A stretch of DNA of 64,000 bases from Bacteroidota bacterium (GCA_003164895.1 PLUL01000039.1:4307-68306); one strand, 5' to 3'. Shown: positions 20,167 through 30,482, counted from the stretch's first letter. Numbers and translations: made by a program. Notes: generated by a model from the letters alone, not told the origin.

Positions 20167-21189
20167 ATGCTTAAAAATGATTTGATTCTTCGGGCGGCAC
20201 GCGGTGAAAAAGTTGAACGAATACCTGTTTGGCTGATGCGTCAAGCCGGGCGAGTTTTACCCGAATACAGAAAAGTTCGTGAACAAGTAAAAGACTTTGT
20301 AACGTTTGTCAAAACTCCTGAACTCGCCGCGGAAGTTACGATTCAGCCGGTCGATATTTTTGGAGTGGATGCGGCAATTATTTTTTCAGATATTCTTGTG
20401 ATACCAGAAGCGATGGGACTTCCTTATAAAATGATTGAAGCGAAAGGTCCTTGGTTTGAAAAAACGGTGAAGACAGAAAAAGATGTTGAGCGACTGCGTG
20501 TCGCATGTGGTGATGACTTGAATTATGTAACTGATGCCATTAAACTTGTGAAGAAAGAATTGAACGGAAAAGTTCCGCTCATCGGATTTTCAGGTGCACC
20601 ATGGACGATTTTTGCTTACATGATTGAAGGAAGCGGAAGTAAAACTTTTTCTCAGGCAAAAAAAATGCTTTACACTAATCCTAAACTTTCTCACACGCTT
20701 CTTCAAAAAATTACTGACAGCACAATTAATTATCTGAAAGCTCAGATTATTTCCGGCGCTGACTTGATTCAGATTTTTGATTCATGGGCTGGAATTTTGT
20801 CGCCAGAACAATACAACGAATTTTCTTTGAAATATATTTCGCAAATCTGCAATGCGATAACAACTGTTCCAAAAATAGTTTTTGCCAAAGATGCTTTTTT
20901 CGCCAGGAAAGAAATGAGTAAAATAAACTGCGATGTGATTGGTCTTGACTGGACGATGGATATTTCAGAATCAAGAAAACTTATAGGAGAAAATAAAACT
21001 TTACAAGGAAATGCCGACCCTTGTTTGCTCTATGCGGATTTTGCTGTTATAAAATCTGAAACCGAGAAAATGCTCCGTTCGTTTGGAAACCATCGCTACA
21101 TCGCCAATCTTGGACACGGACTATATCCTGATACAAATAAAAACAGTGTGAAGTTTTTTGTTGATACAGTGAAAGAATTCCGATTTTAA
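20167..21189 (+). CDS. hemE: Uroporphyrinogen decarboxylase
   Basis: N-terminal signature [17 protein letters not shown]. The start at ATG 20167 ([13 protein letters not shown]...) aligns with canonical HemE N-termini; the ORF track begins 5 codons earlier. Confidence 0.9.
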   Translation: MLKNDLILRAARGEKVERIPVWLMRQAGRVLPEYRKVREQVKDFVTFVKTPELAAEVTIQPVDIFGVDAAIIFSDILVIPEAMGLPYKMIEAKGPWFEKTVKTEKDVERLRVACGDDLNYVTDAIKLVKKELNGKVPLIGFSGAPWTIFAYMIEGSGSKTFSQAKKMLYTNPKLSHTLLQKITDSTINYLKAQIISGADLIQIFDSWAGILSPEQYNEFSLKYISQICNAITTVPKIVFAKDAFFARKEMSKINCDVIGLDWTMDISESRKLIGENKTLQGNADPCLLYADFAVIKSETEKMLRSFGNHRYIANLGHGLYPDTNKNSVKFFVDTVKEFRF

Positions 21190-21192
21190 AAT

Positions 21193-21855
21193 TTATTTAT
21201 CCTTTTTATGTTTCAGCACTTTCGCCTCGACATAAAAAATAATTTCTTCAGCAATATTTTTTGCCTGATCGCCAACTCGTTCCAGTTTTCTAATCGTGGA
21301 AAGAATATAGAGTGCCTGCTCTAACTTGTCGGGATTTTTTCTAATGAAATCTGCTATAACAGAACTTGCGTTTAAATTTAGATTATCCAGGATTTCATCC
21401 TGCTTAAAAATGCTTCGAGCCAGTGCAGTGTCTTCGTTTTCAAAAGCGGTAAGCACATCCAATAACATGGAAGTAGATACATCAAACATTTTTATCATTT
21501 GTGTAACTTTGAGAAGATTGTCATCAAATGGAGATTCATTGCTGATAATAAATTTCCCGATTCCTTCTGCAATATCCCCAGTGCGTTCCAGATTGTTATT
21601 TATTTTTAGTGCTGCGAGTACAAAACGAAGGTCCACAGCAACGGGATTATAAAGTGCAAAAATATTTTCGCAGTCGCGGTCAATTTTTAATTCGTAGGCA
21701 TTCACCCGTTTTTCATTCAGTATTACTTCGCGGGAAAGGTCTTTATCAAAGCGAAGCAATGAATCTTGTGTTTTCTTCAACTGAAGAATTACCAGAGTCC
21801 AGATGGAAATGATTTCTTTTTTTAGAAGTTGAAGTTCTGTATCTAAATGTGTCAT
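21193..21855 (-). CDS. phoU: Phosphate transport system regulatory protein PhoU
   Basis: 220 aa two-repeat helical protein with paired E/D-x-x-x-D motifs (LERTGDIAEGI and LERVGDQAKNIAEEI), located immediately downstream of pstB. Confidence 0.88.
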   Translation of the reverse strand: MTHLDTELQLLKKEIISIWTLVILQLKKTQDSLLRFDKDLSREVILNEKRVNAYELKIDRDCENIFALYNPVAVDLRFVLAALKINNNLERTGDIAEGIGKFIISNESPFDDNLLKVTQMIKMFDVSTSMLLDVLTAFENEDTALARSIFKQDEILDNLNLNASSVIADFIRKNPDKLEQALYILSTIRKLERVGDQAKNIAEEIIFYVEAKVLKHKKDK

Positions 21856-21960
21856 AGGAGTTTGAAAATTTGAAAATCTGTTAATTTGAAAATTATATTG
21901 TAAAATGTATCAACTGGGATTTTATTTTCAAATCTTCAAATTGATACATTTTCAAATTAT

Positions 21961-22719
21961 TTACCCGAACCTTCCGGTAATATAATTCTGTGTTTTTTCG
22001 TTTCTGGGATTTGTAAATATTTCTTTTGTATCGTTATATTCGATGAGTTCGCCTAAATAAAAAAATGCTGTGCGGTCGCTCACTCTTCCCGCTTGCTGCA
22101 TATTATGAGTTACGATGAGCAGAGAATAATTTTTTTTCAGTTCAAATAAAAGTTCTTCAATTTTGGCAGTGGAAATCGGGTCAAGAGCTGAAGTTGGTTC
22201 GTCTAATAAAAGAATTTCGGGTTTCATTGCAAGTGCGCGAGCAATGCACAAACGTTGCTGCTGCCCGCCTGAAAGAAAAGTTCCTTTGCGGTGCAGAACA
22301 TCTTTCACCTCATTCCACAGAGCAGCTTTGTTAAGAGAATCTTCCACAATCTCATCTTTTTCATTTTTATTTAAACTCGCACCGTTCAACGTATATCCTG
22401 CAATCACATTTTGGTAAATACTCATAGTAGGAAACGGATTTGGTCGCTGAAAAACCATTCCGATAAATCTTCTGAGAATGATGGGATTCATTTTGTAAAT
22501 ATCATTCTTCGTATAAAAAATTGAACCCTCAACGCGAGTATCATTGGTGAGTTCATGCATTCGGTTCACACATCGAATGAAAGTAGTTTTTCCGCAGCCG
22601 GAGGGTCCCATCACCGCCACAATATTATTGCGCGGAATTTCTATGTTGATATTCTTCAACACCTGATGTTCGCCAAACCACGCACTGAAATTTTCGGATT
22701 TTAAAATTGTACTTTCCAT
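21961..22719 (-). CDS. pstB: Phosphate ABC transporter ATP-binding protein
   Basis: Walker A GPSGCGKTT, ABC signature LSGGQQQRL, Walker B LLLDEPTSALD. PstB-typical length (252 aa) and operon context. Confidence 0.93.
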   Translation of the reverse strand: MESTILKSENFSAWFGEHQVLKNINIEIPRNNIVAVMGPSGCGKTTFIRCVNRMHELTNDTRVEGSIFYTKNDIYKMNPIILRRFIGMVFQRPNPFPTMSIYQNVIAGYTLNGASLNKNEKDEIVEDSLNKAALWNEVKDVLHRKGTFLSGGQQQRLCIARALAMKPEILLLDEPTSALDPISTAKIEELLFELKKNYSLLIVTHNMQQAGRVSDRTAFFYLGELIEYNDTKEIFTNPRNEKTQNYITGRFG

Positions 22720-23546
22720 TTTTTCTCGGCTAATTTTGTTAATGTGTTAAGCAGTAAAATAAATACAATCAAAATAAATGCTGCTCCCCAGGCAAGTTCG
22801 TGCCATTCGTCATACGGACTTATTGCGTAATTGAAAATCACCAGCGGCAAACTTGCCATCGGTTTCAAAATATTTGTATTAGTAAAAGGATTTCCAAAAG
22901 CGGTAAAAAGCAAAGGAGCTGTTTCGCCTGCAATACGAGCAATTCCCAAGATTACACCGGAAAGAATTCCGCTGATGCCTGCCGGAAGAATTACTTTCAG
23001 AATAGTTCTGTAATAAGGAACACCCAGCGAAAGCGATGCTTCTTTCAACGTATCGGGTATAAGTTTTAAAGTTTCTTCAGTGGATTTTATAATGGAAGGC
23101 AGCATCATTAACGTGAGTGCTATGCTACCTGACAATGCAGAAAAACTTCCCATTGTTTTTACAATCCATAAATAAATTACGATTCCGATTACGATGGAGG
23201 GAATTCCCTGAAGTACATCCACAGATAAAAGCGTCCAGTAAGCAAGTTTTGTTTTTCGAAATTCACTCAGATAAACTCCGATGCTCACACCAAATGGAAT
23301 AGCAATGACCGCAGCGATGCCAATGATGATGGCACTTCCGATGAGCGCATTAAAAATTCCTCCACCGGTTTCTCCTACCGGCTTTGGAAGGTTCATTAGA
23401 AAACTCCAGCTGATTGCGGAAATGCCCCTTTTAAAAATATAGAACAGAACTAAAAGCAATGGCAATGTTACAACCACTGTAAGAAAAATCACAAGTGATT
23501 TTAAAAAAATATTTTTGTATTTCCGTATGAGAATTCCTCGTTCCAT
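22701..23546 (-). CDS. pstA: Phosphate ABC transporter permease PstA
   Basis: Six-TM permease with EAA-type loop (LKEASLSLG). Start moved to ATG 23546 (MERGILIRKY...), which abuts the pstC stop at 23548. The ORF-track start at 23591 would overlap pstC by 44 nt. Confidence 0.88.
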   Translation of the reverse strand: MERGILIRKYKNIFLKSLVIFLTVVVTLPLLLVLFYIFKRGISAISWSFLMNLPKPVGETGGGIFNALIGSAIIIGIAAVIAIPFGVSIGVYLSEFRKTKLAYWTLLSVDVLQGIPSIVIGIVIYLWIVKTMGSFSALSGSIALTLMMLPSIIKSTEETLKLIPDTLKEASLSLGVPYYRTILKVILPAGISGILSGVILGIARIAGETAPLLFTAFGNPFTNTNILKPMASLPLVIFNYAISPYDEWHELAWGAAFILIVFILLLNTLTKLAEKKWKVQF

Positions 23547-23547
23547 A

Positions 23548-24450
23548 TCAGTTGATTGAGAAACGTTTGATAATTTGTCGTCCAATGACATTAATAATAG
23601 TCGTTACCACAAAAAGAAATAATCCCATTTCAACCAGCGCAGATAAATAAACATCTCCGGTTGCTTCTGTAAATTCATTAGCGATAACACTTGCCATCGT
23701 ATTGCTCGGAGCAAAAATGCTTTTGGGAATAATCTGAGAATTTCCAATCAGCATGGTAACCGCCATGGTTTCTCCCAGCGCGCGACCAAGCGAAAGAAGT
23801 ATTCCTGCAAAAATCCCGGAACGAGTGTAAGGAAGAATTACATTTTTTATTACTTCATATCTTGTTGCACCGAGCGAATACGCGGCTTCTTTGTAGGAGG
23901 AAGGAACTAGCATAATTACCTGACGAATCAAAGAAACTGAATATGGAATAACCATTATTGACAAAATAATTGAAGCGGTAAAAATTCCAACTCCATAAGG
24001 CGGAACATTTAAGCTTGTTTCTAAATCTCTCACGAACGGAACAAGCACAAACATTCCGACAAATCCATATATGACAGAGGGGATTGCAGCGAGCAACTCA
24101 ATAATGTTTTTGAAAAACACAGAAAGAAATCCTTTTGTAAAATATTCTCCAAGAAATAATCCCACAGCAATAGAAAACGGAATAGAAATAATTAATGCAA
24201 GCAATGAAGTAATGAGCGTCCCGATCAGAAAAGGCAATCCTCCGAAATCATTTTCAACCGGATTCCATGTTTTGCCATAGAAGAAACTTATACCTATTGC
24301 TTTTATTGAAGGAATTGAAGCAACCAATATGGTAATAAAAATCGCAAGGAGAATAATTCCTAAAGCCAAAGCAGAAAGTGCTAAGCCATTTCGAAAAAAG
24401 ATTTCTCCAAATTGAAGTTTTCTAATCTGTTTTGTTCCGGTTAGCTGCAT
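23548..24450 (-). CDS. pstC: Phosphate ABC transporter permease PstC
   Basis: Permease with YKEAAYSLGATRYE loop, positioned between pstS and pstA. Confidence 0.88.
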   Translation of the reverse strand: MQLTGTKQIRKLQFGEIFFRNGLALSALALGIILLAIFITILVASIPSIKAIGISFFYGKTWNPVENDFGGLPFLIGTLITSLLALIISIPFSIAVGLFLGEYFTKGFLSVFFKNIIELLAAIPSVIYGFVGMFVLVPFVRDLETSLNVPPYGVGIFTASIILSIMVIPYSVSLIRQVIMLVPSSYKEAAYSLGATRYEVIKNVILPYTRSGIFAGILLSLGRALGETMAVTMLIGNSQIIPKSIFAPSNTMASVIANEFTEATGDVYLSALVEMGLFLFVVTTIINVIGRQIIKRFSIN

Positions 24451-24478
24451 AAAACTTTGTAATAATCTTTTCTTAAAA

Positions 24479-24515
24479 AGTAAAATGTCCCGATAAGAAT
24501 CGAGACTATTTTACT
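24479..24515 (-). other. pstS-pstC intergenic hairpin
   Basis: AGTAAAATGTCCCGA pairs with TCGAGAC-T-ATTTTACT (one mismatch, one bulge) inside the 147-nt gap between pstS and pstC. This is a plausible mRNA-stabilising or attenuating element giving excess PstS. Confidence 0.4.
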
Positions 24516-24597
24516 AAAACAGTTATGGTCGTTCAATTTTTTAACATTAACCAATCCATGATAAAAACATCCGACTTAACTGAATATTTATTTTCAA

Positions 24598-25677
24598 TTA
24601 CAATATTGCTTTGCCATTAAAAGTAACGGACTTTAGAATTTTTTCCGCCACAGCTATTGCTTCTTTTGGTAGAGGAGCATACATCAAAGGAGAAGCGAAT
24701 TGTTGTCCTTCGTGAGTTGTCCACCAAATAAGTTTGAGCGTATTTTTTGCTTTTGCTTCTGCTCTTCCCTCATAATTCTGAGTTTTGTAAACCAGCAAAT
24801 ATGTAAAACTGCTGATAGGATAACCATCTTTTGCGTCGGTGTCGGTGATGGAAACTCTTGCATCATCAGGAATTTTTACATTGGCAGCAGCAGAAACAGA
24901 AGCCAACGTTGCTTCGATAAAATTTCCGCTTTTGTTTTTAAGTTTTGCCATCGGCATTTTATTTTGTTGAGCATAAATTAATTCTACATAGCCAATAGCT
25001 CCCGGGGTCTGTTTTACCATTCCTGCAACTCCTTCATTTCCTTTTGCACCTAGTCCGGCAGGCCATTCAAGCGATTTCCCTTTTCCGGGTTTTGTATTCC
25101 ATTCAGCACTTACTTTAGAAAGATAATCGGAGAAAATATAAGTAGTGCCGCTTCCATCCGAACGATGAACAACTGAAATTGCTAAATCAGTAAGTTTAGC
25201 AGTTGGATTCAGCTTTGTGATTCTTGCATCATTCCATTTTGTTATTTTTCCAAGAAAAATATCGGCAACCACATCGCCTGAAAGCTGAAGCGTTGGTTCG
25301 CCCGGAATATTATAAGTAACCACATCGGCACCAAGACAAGTGGGAATGTGCGCAATTGGAGCAGGAGAATTTTTCAATTCTTCATCGCTCATCGGAGCAT
25401 CGGATGCACCAAAGTCAACTGTCTTTGCTTGAAGTTGCTTAATTCCTCCTCCTGAACCGATGGATTGGTAATTTACTTTGATGCTTGTCTTCTTGTTATA
25501 TTCATCGAAAAGTTTTGAATAAAACGGGAACGGGAATGTAGCTCCCGCTCCTGTTAATTCGTTATCATCGGCTATAGCAATCGGTTTTACTACTTTGTAA
25601 TTTTTAAACGCTGCCATGCTGAACAGCAGAATTATTACTGCTGCCAAATTTATTGTCGTTTTGATTTTTGTTTTCAT
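24598..25677 (-). CDS. pstS: Phosphate ABC transporter substrate-binding protein PstS
   Basis: GAGATFPFPFY, SIGSGGGI and HRSDGSGTT motifs of PstS. Start moved to ATG 25677 (MKTKIKTTINLAAVIILLF, signal peptide). Confidence 0.9.
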   Translation of the reverse strand: MKTKIKTTINLAAVIILLFSMAAFKNYKVVKPIAIADDNELTGAGATFPFPFYSKLFDEYNKKTSIKVNYQSIGSGGGIKQLQAKTVDFGASDAPMSDEELKNSPAPIAHIPTCLGADVVTYNIPGEPTLQLSGDVVADIFLGKITKWNDARITKLNPTAKLTDLAISVVHRSDGSGTTYIFSDYLSKVSAEWNTKPGKGKSLEWPAGLGAKGNEGVAGMVKQTPGAIGYVELIYAQQNKMPMAKLKNKSGNFIEATLASVSAAANVKIPDDARVSITDTDAKDGYPISSFTYLLVYKTQNYEGRAEAKAKNTLKLIWWTTHEGQQFASPLMYAPLPKEAIAVAEKILKSVTFNGKAIL

Positions 25678-25749
25678 ATTTTGTTTTTTACAATAGTTGT
25701 GTTTTAATGTTATCCGATTGCTACCCAAACTTTATCTTTCAATCAATAA

Positions 25750-27108
25750 TTAGTAGTTCATTCCGCTATTAGCAACTTTTTTATTGCCATTGAAAATGAA
25801 ATAGAATGTTAAGCGGTAAACCATGTCATAGTCTTTTTGAACTCTGTCAGAAAAAGTAGTTGTTCCTCCTGGCGTTGAAGTGCTCATCATAGTTTTGTAA
25901 CCGTTATACCAGATATTCGGCATGATATGAATTCTTGCATTTGGAGTCCAGTCAAGACCTACGGTGTAAAATGATTGAGTGTAAAAAGTAGATGCAGTAT
26001 AAACACTTCCATTTATTGATGTGCTTCCTGTAATACCACTATACGCTTTTGAATAAAGATTACCGCTGTTATATTTTGTATCTGGATTATACATATCGTA
26101 TCTTGCAAAAGCGCTCAATTTGTTTTTCAAAATAGCTGCCGATGCAAAAACCGACCATCCCATTTGCACTCCGCTTGTAGTATCGTTTTTTGCACCTGTG
26201 GCAACTGCACCTTTCGTATAAGCTATAGATATATCCGAATTCATATTTGTTTGCTGGAACAATTCTGCGCCTACTCTGAATCTCTCAGTAGCATAAGCAG
26301 CATAGAATTTCATCGTCATGTTGTTGGTTTTGTAAGGCAAAAGCTGTTGCACTACATAATCTCCATACAAACCAATGGTGAGTTTTTGTTTTAATAGAGC
26401 TACAAATAAATTCACTCTTCCTTTTTTGAAGTTGGTTGAATTGGGAACAGCGCTGTTATTATTTCCAATTTGAGCATAATAACCTATGAACATTGGTTTG
26501 AGAGAATCGGCAACTCGCTGCGACCATAATTTTCCTTGCAAGGAAGCTCCAAGATCGGTAGAACCATCTATACTATGCATATCCATAATAGTTCTTTCTA
26601 CAGAACGGTAAGCCCACAATGGCTCTGTTCCGAATGAAGTGGCGAAAGAAGCGGTTTGATATTGTCCAAGAACTATATCTGTATTCTTTAAACCAAAAAT
26701 ATTTGAACATTTTACATTAGCATATTTCACATACATTGTATTTTTTCCACCGCCATCGTAGTTTTGCTCATTGGCTAATACTATTTGTGCAGAAAAATTT
26801 GGCGCAAATTTGTAATCATATCCTAAATAAGCACGTCTGATCTGAAAAGCATTGGTTTGTGTATTTGCTGCTTGTGCACTGGTGCTGGATAATGTGTTAG
26901 AAGAAGACAAAGGAGTTGTTCCTCTGTATTGCACACTGCCTCCGCCTCTTTGAAGGGTATCGTTATGCGATTTGTTGGCATAATCGCCAAAAACGTAACC
27001 CCAAAGATTTCCGGATGGTTTAAACTCTGTATCTTGCGCTCCAAGATAATTACCCATGCCAAGTGCAACCGATGCTCCAATTGTTAAAATGTAGTTTTTG
27101 ATTTTCAT
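25750..27108 (-). CDS. Outer-membrane porin, first gene of the pst cluster (possibly phosphate-selective)
   Basis: Signal peptide MKIKNYILTIGASVALGMGNYLGAQ, alternating beta-strand-like sequence rich in Y/G/N, and an aromatic C-terminal residue. It is co-oriented 21 nt upstream of pstS. Phosphate selectivity is inferred from context only. Confidence 0.6.
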   Translation of the reverse strand: MKIKNYILTIGASVALGMGNYLGAQDTEFKPSGNLWGYVFGDYANKSHNDTLQRGGGSVQYRGTTPLSSSNTLSSTSAQAANTQTNAFQIRRAYLGYDYKFAPNFSAQIVLANEQNYDGGGKNTMYVKYANVKCSNIFGLKNTDIVLGQYQTASFATSFGTEPLWAYRSVERTIMDMHSIDGSTDLGASLQGKLWSQRVADSLKPMFIGYYAQIGNNNSAVPNSTNFKKGRVNLFVALLKQKLTIGLYGDYVVQQLLPYKTNNMTMKFYAAYATERFRVGAELFQQTNMNSDISIAYTKGAVATGAKNDTTSGVQMGWSVFASAAILKNKLSAFARYDMYNPDTKYNSGNLYSKAYSGITGSTSINGSVYTASTFYTQSFYTVGLDWTPNARIHIMPNIWYNGYKTMMSTSTPGGTTTFSDRVQKDYDMVYRLTFYFIFNGNKKVANSGMNY

Positions 27109-27224
27109 AGTGATTTAATTGTTTTAAGGGGTTTGTTAACGTTAAATTTTATTCGGCAAAAGAACACGCATCGTATTATTTAAGAATGAACCCAATATTA
27201 TCTTAATGTTAAATTGACCAAAAC

Positions 27225-27455
27225 CAAATTCGGCAATTTGCAACCTAATCGGGTTTTCTTGATCCTCTATTCAGGAAACAGTCAACACCCAAAGGTTTTC
27301 TTGCAACTGCCAAAAGGTTTCTCTCAACTCCCATCAGGAAACAGGCAACTTCCAAAGGTTTTCTCGCAACTCCCAGAAGGTTTCTTGCAACTTCAATCAG
27401 GAAATAAGCAACTGCCAAAGGTTTTCCCGAAACTCCTGTCAGGAAACAATCAACT
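27225..27455. repeat. Eleven phased 21-bp tandem repeats upstream of the porin-pst operon
   Basis: Units end in CAACT exactly every 21 bp (27308, 27329, 27350, 27371, 27392, 27413, 27434, 27455). There are two unit types, CCAAAGGTTTTCTTGCAACT and CATCAGGAAACAGGCAACT, giving a 63-bp super-period. Confidence 0.9.
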
Positions 27456-27489
27456 GCAAAGTAGAATCTGTGTACTCTCGTTAGTTATC

Positions 27490-28848
27490 TTAAATCACCT
27501 GAGAGAATATCTGTGTCTTGGGGATGTTCTTCCACAGGCGGGCATCAAATGCCATGCAGATGTTGCGGATAAATGGTTTTCCTTTTTCGGTTACCTGCAA
27601 CTGAAAGGGTTTTGTAATTACCAGTCCGTCTTTTTCCATTTCCTTTAATCGCTCAATAGATTCAGGAATGGCTTCGCATTGCTCCGCTTCATTCTGCCAA
27701 GAAGTAGAAAATTTGCAAATGATATTCAATATATGTCTGCGGAGAATCAAATCTTCCTCATTCAAAATATGTCCTCTGAAGATCGGCAGCGTATCCGCGT
27801 TCACTAACTTGTGATATTCCTCTACCGTCTTCACATTCTGCGCATACGCATACCAGCTGTCGCTTATCGAAGAAACGCCCAAGCCGATCATCAGCTTGGT
27901 ATAGGAATGCGTGTAGCCCATAAAATTTCGGTGAAGCGTGCCGTTCTTTGCCGCTTTAAATAATGTATCGGTGATGAGCGCAAAATGATCCATGCCTACT
28001 TCTTTGTATCCTGCTTCTTCAAGCATCGTTCTTCCTGTTTCGTACAACTCGCGTTTCACTTCATCGGCAGGAAGATCGGCTTCGGTAAACTTGCGCTGAC
28101 CGGGTTTCACCCAAGGAACATGCGCGTAACTGTAAAATGCAATCCGATCAGGATTCAGAATCCGTACCTTATTGATAGTATCCATCACGCTTGCTTTCTT
28201 CTGAAATGGCAATCCGTAAATCAAATCGAAGTTGATGGAAGTATAACCAATCTCTCTCGCCTTCACTACCACTTTCTCTACCGTTTCATATGTCTGAACG
28301 CGGTTAACAATATCCTGAACTTTCGGATCAAAATCCTGAATGCCCAAACTCAGCCGCCTGAATCCAATATCATAAAGCGTTTTCAGATGAGAATCGCTCG
28401 TGCTGTTGGGATGCGCTTCAAAACTAAACTCCGCATCTTTCGGCACAATGGATTTTGAAAGTATTCCGTCAATAAGTTTCTTCAAATTCTCAGGACTGAA
28501 AAACGTGGGCGTTCCACCGCCCAAATGAATTTCTTTTACCTTTGGTTTATCGCCAAAAACTTCAAGATATGATTCCCATTCTTTCAGCAGAGTTTTAATA
28601 TACGTTTCTTCCACGGCATGATTTACAGTGATGCGCGTGTTGCATCCGCAATAGGTGCACAAACTTTCACAATAAGGCAAATGAATATAGATGCTGATTC
28701 CGTCTGTTGCATTCGTTTCGTCAAAACATTCTTTCACTTCGGCTTTCCATTCATCCACAGTTGGAAATTTATCCCAATACGGAACGGTAGGATAGCTGGT
28801 GTATCGCGGACCGGGAACATTGTATTTTCTAATCAGTTCTAAATTCAT
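27490..28848 (-). CDS. hemN: Oxygen-independent coproporphyrinogen III oxidase (radical SAM)
   Basis: Radical-SAM motif LPYCESLCTYCGC, GGGTPTF, 452 aa HemN-type length and C-terminal HemN_C-like region. Confidence 0.88.
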   Translation of the reverse strand: MNLELIRKYNVPGPRYTSYPTVPYWDKFPTVDEWKAEVKECFDETNATDGISIYIHLPYCESLCTYCGCNTRITVNHAVEETYIKTLLKEWESYLEVFGDKPKVKEIHLGGGTPTFFSPENLKKLIDGILSKSIVPKDAEFSFEAHPNSTSDSHLKTLYDIGFRRLSLGIQDFDPKVQDIVNRVQTYETVEKVVVKAREIGYTSINFDLIYGLPFQKKASVMDTINKVRILNPDRIAFYSYAHVPWVKPGQRKFTEADLPADEVKRELYETGRTMLEEAGYKEVGMDHFALITDTLFKAAKNGTLHRNFMGYTHSYTKLMIGLGVSSISDSWYAYAQNVKTVEEYHKLVNADTLPIFRGHILNEEDLILRRHILNIICKFSTSWQNEAEQCEAIPESIERLKEMEKDGLVITKPFQLQVTEKGKPFIRNICMAFDARLWKNIPKTQIFSQVI

Positions 28849-28851
28849 TTT

Positions 28852-29313
28852 CTATTTATTGTCATCGGCAAACCACTCGGCATACGATGAAGGAGTTTCT
28901 CTCAATTTCAAATGATGCAGCTTGATGTGTTTCGGAAGATGCTTTTGAATAGTTGTTGCAAAATCAACCAAAAGATTTTCGCAGGTTGGTTGGAATTTAG
29001 TCGGCACAATTTTCTCGAACATTGAATTATCGTTCAGCATCTTTTTGTGAGGAGAATTTTCATTCAGCATCAGCGCGTGATCAAGTTCATCCACAATTAA
29101 TTTATTCACGATTTCTTTCAAAACAGAAAAGTCAAGCACCATTCCTTGCTTCGGATTCTTTTTGTCATTTTCAACTTTGCCAATAATTGTTACAGCAAGT
29201 TCATAAGAATGTCCGTGAATATTTTTGCAAGGACCATCATACCCATAAAGCGCGTGCGCCATTTCAAAATGAAATAGTTTAGTGATGCGGATTGTAGAAG
29301 AATCGTTTTTCAT
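28852..29313 (-). CDS. queD: 6-carboxy-5,6,7,8-tetrahydropterin synthase / 6-pyruvoyl-tetrahydropterin synthase family
   Basis: FHFEMAHAL...CKNIHGHSYEL zinc/His motifs of the PTPS/QueD family. Start moved to ATG 29313 (MKNDSSTIRITK...). Confidence 0.75.
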   Translation of the reverse strand: MKNDSSTIRITKLFHFEMAHALYGYDGPCKNIHGHSYELAVTIIGKVENDKKNPKQGMVLDFSVLKEIVNKLIVDELDHALMLNENSPHKKMLNDNSMFEKIVPTKFQPTCENLLVDFATTIQKHLPKHIKLHHLKLRETPSSYAEWFADDNK

Positions 29314-29528
29314 AATCTCTTCTGCGAAATTAAAAAATCCTTTGCCACAAACATACAAAGACCAGAAGTTTATATGAGAAATTATTTATTGCCGGAAAAC
29401 TCAAAAAGATGATATGTGTTTTTTGAAAGGCGATTGATTGCTAAAAAATATGCTAATAATCATATCGAGTTATAATATTTATCATGTTTTTGTTGGAATA
29501 ATGTTCTCACTTTTGCAAAAAACTATTT

Positions 29529-30278
29529 ATGAATATTATAAATGCACCATGTGAAACTTGTGAAAGCAAAAATTGTTTCATTCAAAAATTGTCTCATGAA
29601 CAATTATCTTGTGTTGATTCGCAAAAACAAACGTTTAGTTTTTTTAGGAATCAAAATATTTTTTGGGAAAACGCAGCAGTGAATGGAGTTTATTTTATTA
29701 AAACAGGCAAAGTAAAAGTTTTTTCTATGGGAATAAATGACAGAGAAAAAATTGTACGTCTTGCTAGTGATGGGCATATTATTGGGCATAGAGGATATGG
29801 CGCAGAAAAATATCCGGTAAGTGCGGCAACACTTGATAAATCATTGGTTTGTTTTATTGACAATGCTACTCTTCATGAACTTTTCATGAATAATCCGGTT
29901 TTTAGTTATGCCATGATGATGTTTTATTCGCAGGAACTTAGAAAATCAGAACAGAGGGCAAAATATAATTCTCAAATGTCAAGCAGAGAAAGAATCATTA
30001 GTGCTCTTTTATATGCAAAAGAAACATTTGGATATTCTGATACGGAAGCATTTCCACCTACTATAAATGTGCATTTATCACGAGCCGAAATCGCAAGTCT
30101 TTCTGATACAACGAAAGAAGAAGTTTCCCGATCGCTCACAGTTTTAGAAAGAGATAATCTCATTATGAAAACAGGAAGGAGTATTCAGATCCTCAACGAA
30201 AAACAACTTCTGCATTTAATTAAAGATTACGGCATATATATGGTGGATGAAGAAAAAAAACAATTGAATCCGCTTTAG
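29529..30278 (+). CDS. Crp/Fnr family transcriptional regulator with N-terminal cysteine cluster (FNR-like)
   Basis: N-terminal cysteines at C8, C11, C16, C28, plus a conserved VCFID cysteine. It has a cNMP-binding-type beta-roll and a C-terminal HTH whose recognition helix TKEEVSRSL carries the E-x-x-S-R motif of E. coli FNR. Confidence 0.8.
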   Translation: MNIINAPCETCESKNCFIQKLSHEQLSCVDSQKQTFSFFRNQNIFWENAAVNGVYFIKTGKVKVFSMGINDREKIVRLASDGHIIGHRGYGAEKYPVSAATLDKSLVCFIDNATLHELFMNNPVFSYAMMMFYSQELRKSEQRAKYNSQMSSRERIISALLYAKETFGYSDTEAFPPTINVHLSRAEIASLSDTTKEEVSRSLTVLERDNLIMKTGRSIQILNEKQLLHLIKDYGIYMVDEEKKQLNPL

Positions 30279-30482
30279 CTTCCTTATATATAGTAAGAAC
30301 TTATAGTTATTTAAGTTTTACTAAGAAAGATTTTTCAATCCCTAATTTTCTGTTTCGAAAATATTTTAGTAATATTATTTTCTTGTCGCTCAAACCGAGT
30401 TGCTTCATAATTCTTTCTGGAAAATAATATCCTTCCTTATTCTTGATGCATAAAGAGCAAGTTGCATCCGAAATATTTTATA

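Noticed and set aside
27225-27455. Possible CRISPR array
   Set aside because: The repeats are contiguous 21-bp units with no unique spacers, and there are no cas genes in the window. It is a tandem repeat, not a CRISPR array.
27214-27648. 144-aa plus-strand ORF with a repetitive peptide (…QLPKVFSQLPEGFLQLQSGNKQLPKVF…)
   Set aside because: The open frame is a by-product of the 21-bp (7-codon) tandem DNA repeat and overlaps the 3' end of hemN on the other strand. It has no start context or protein-like features.
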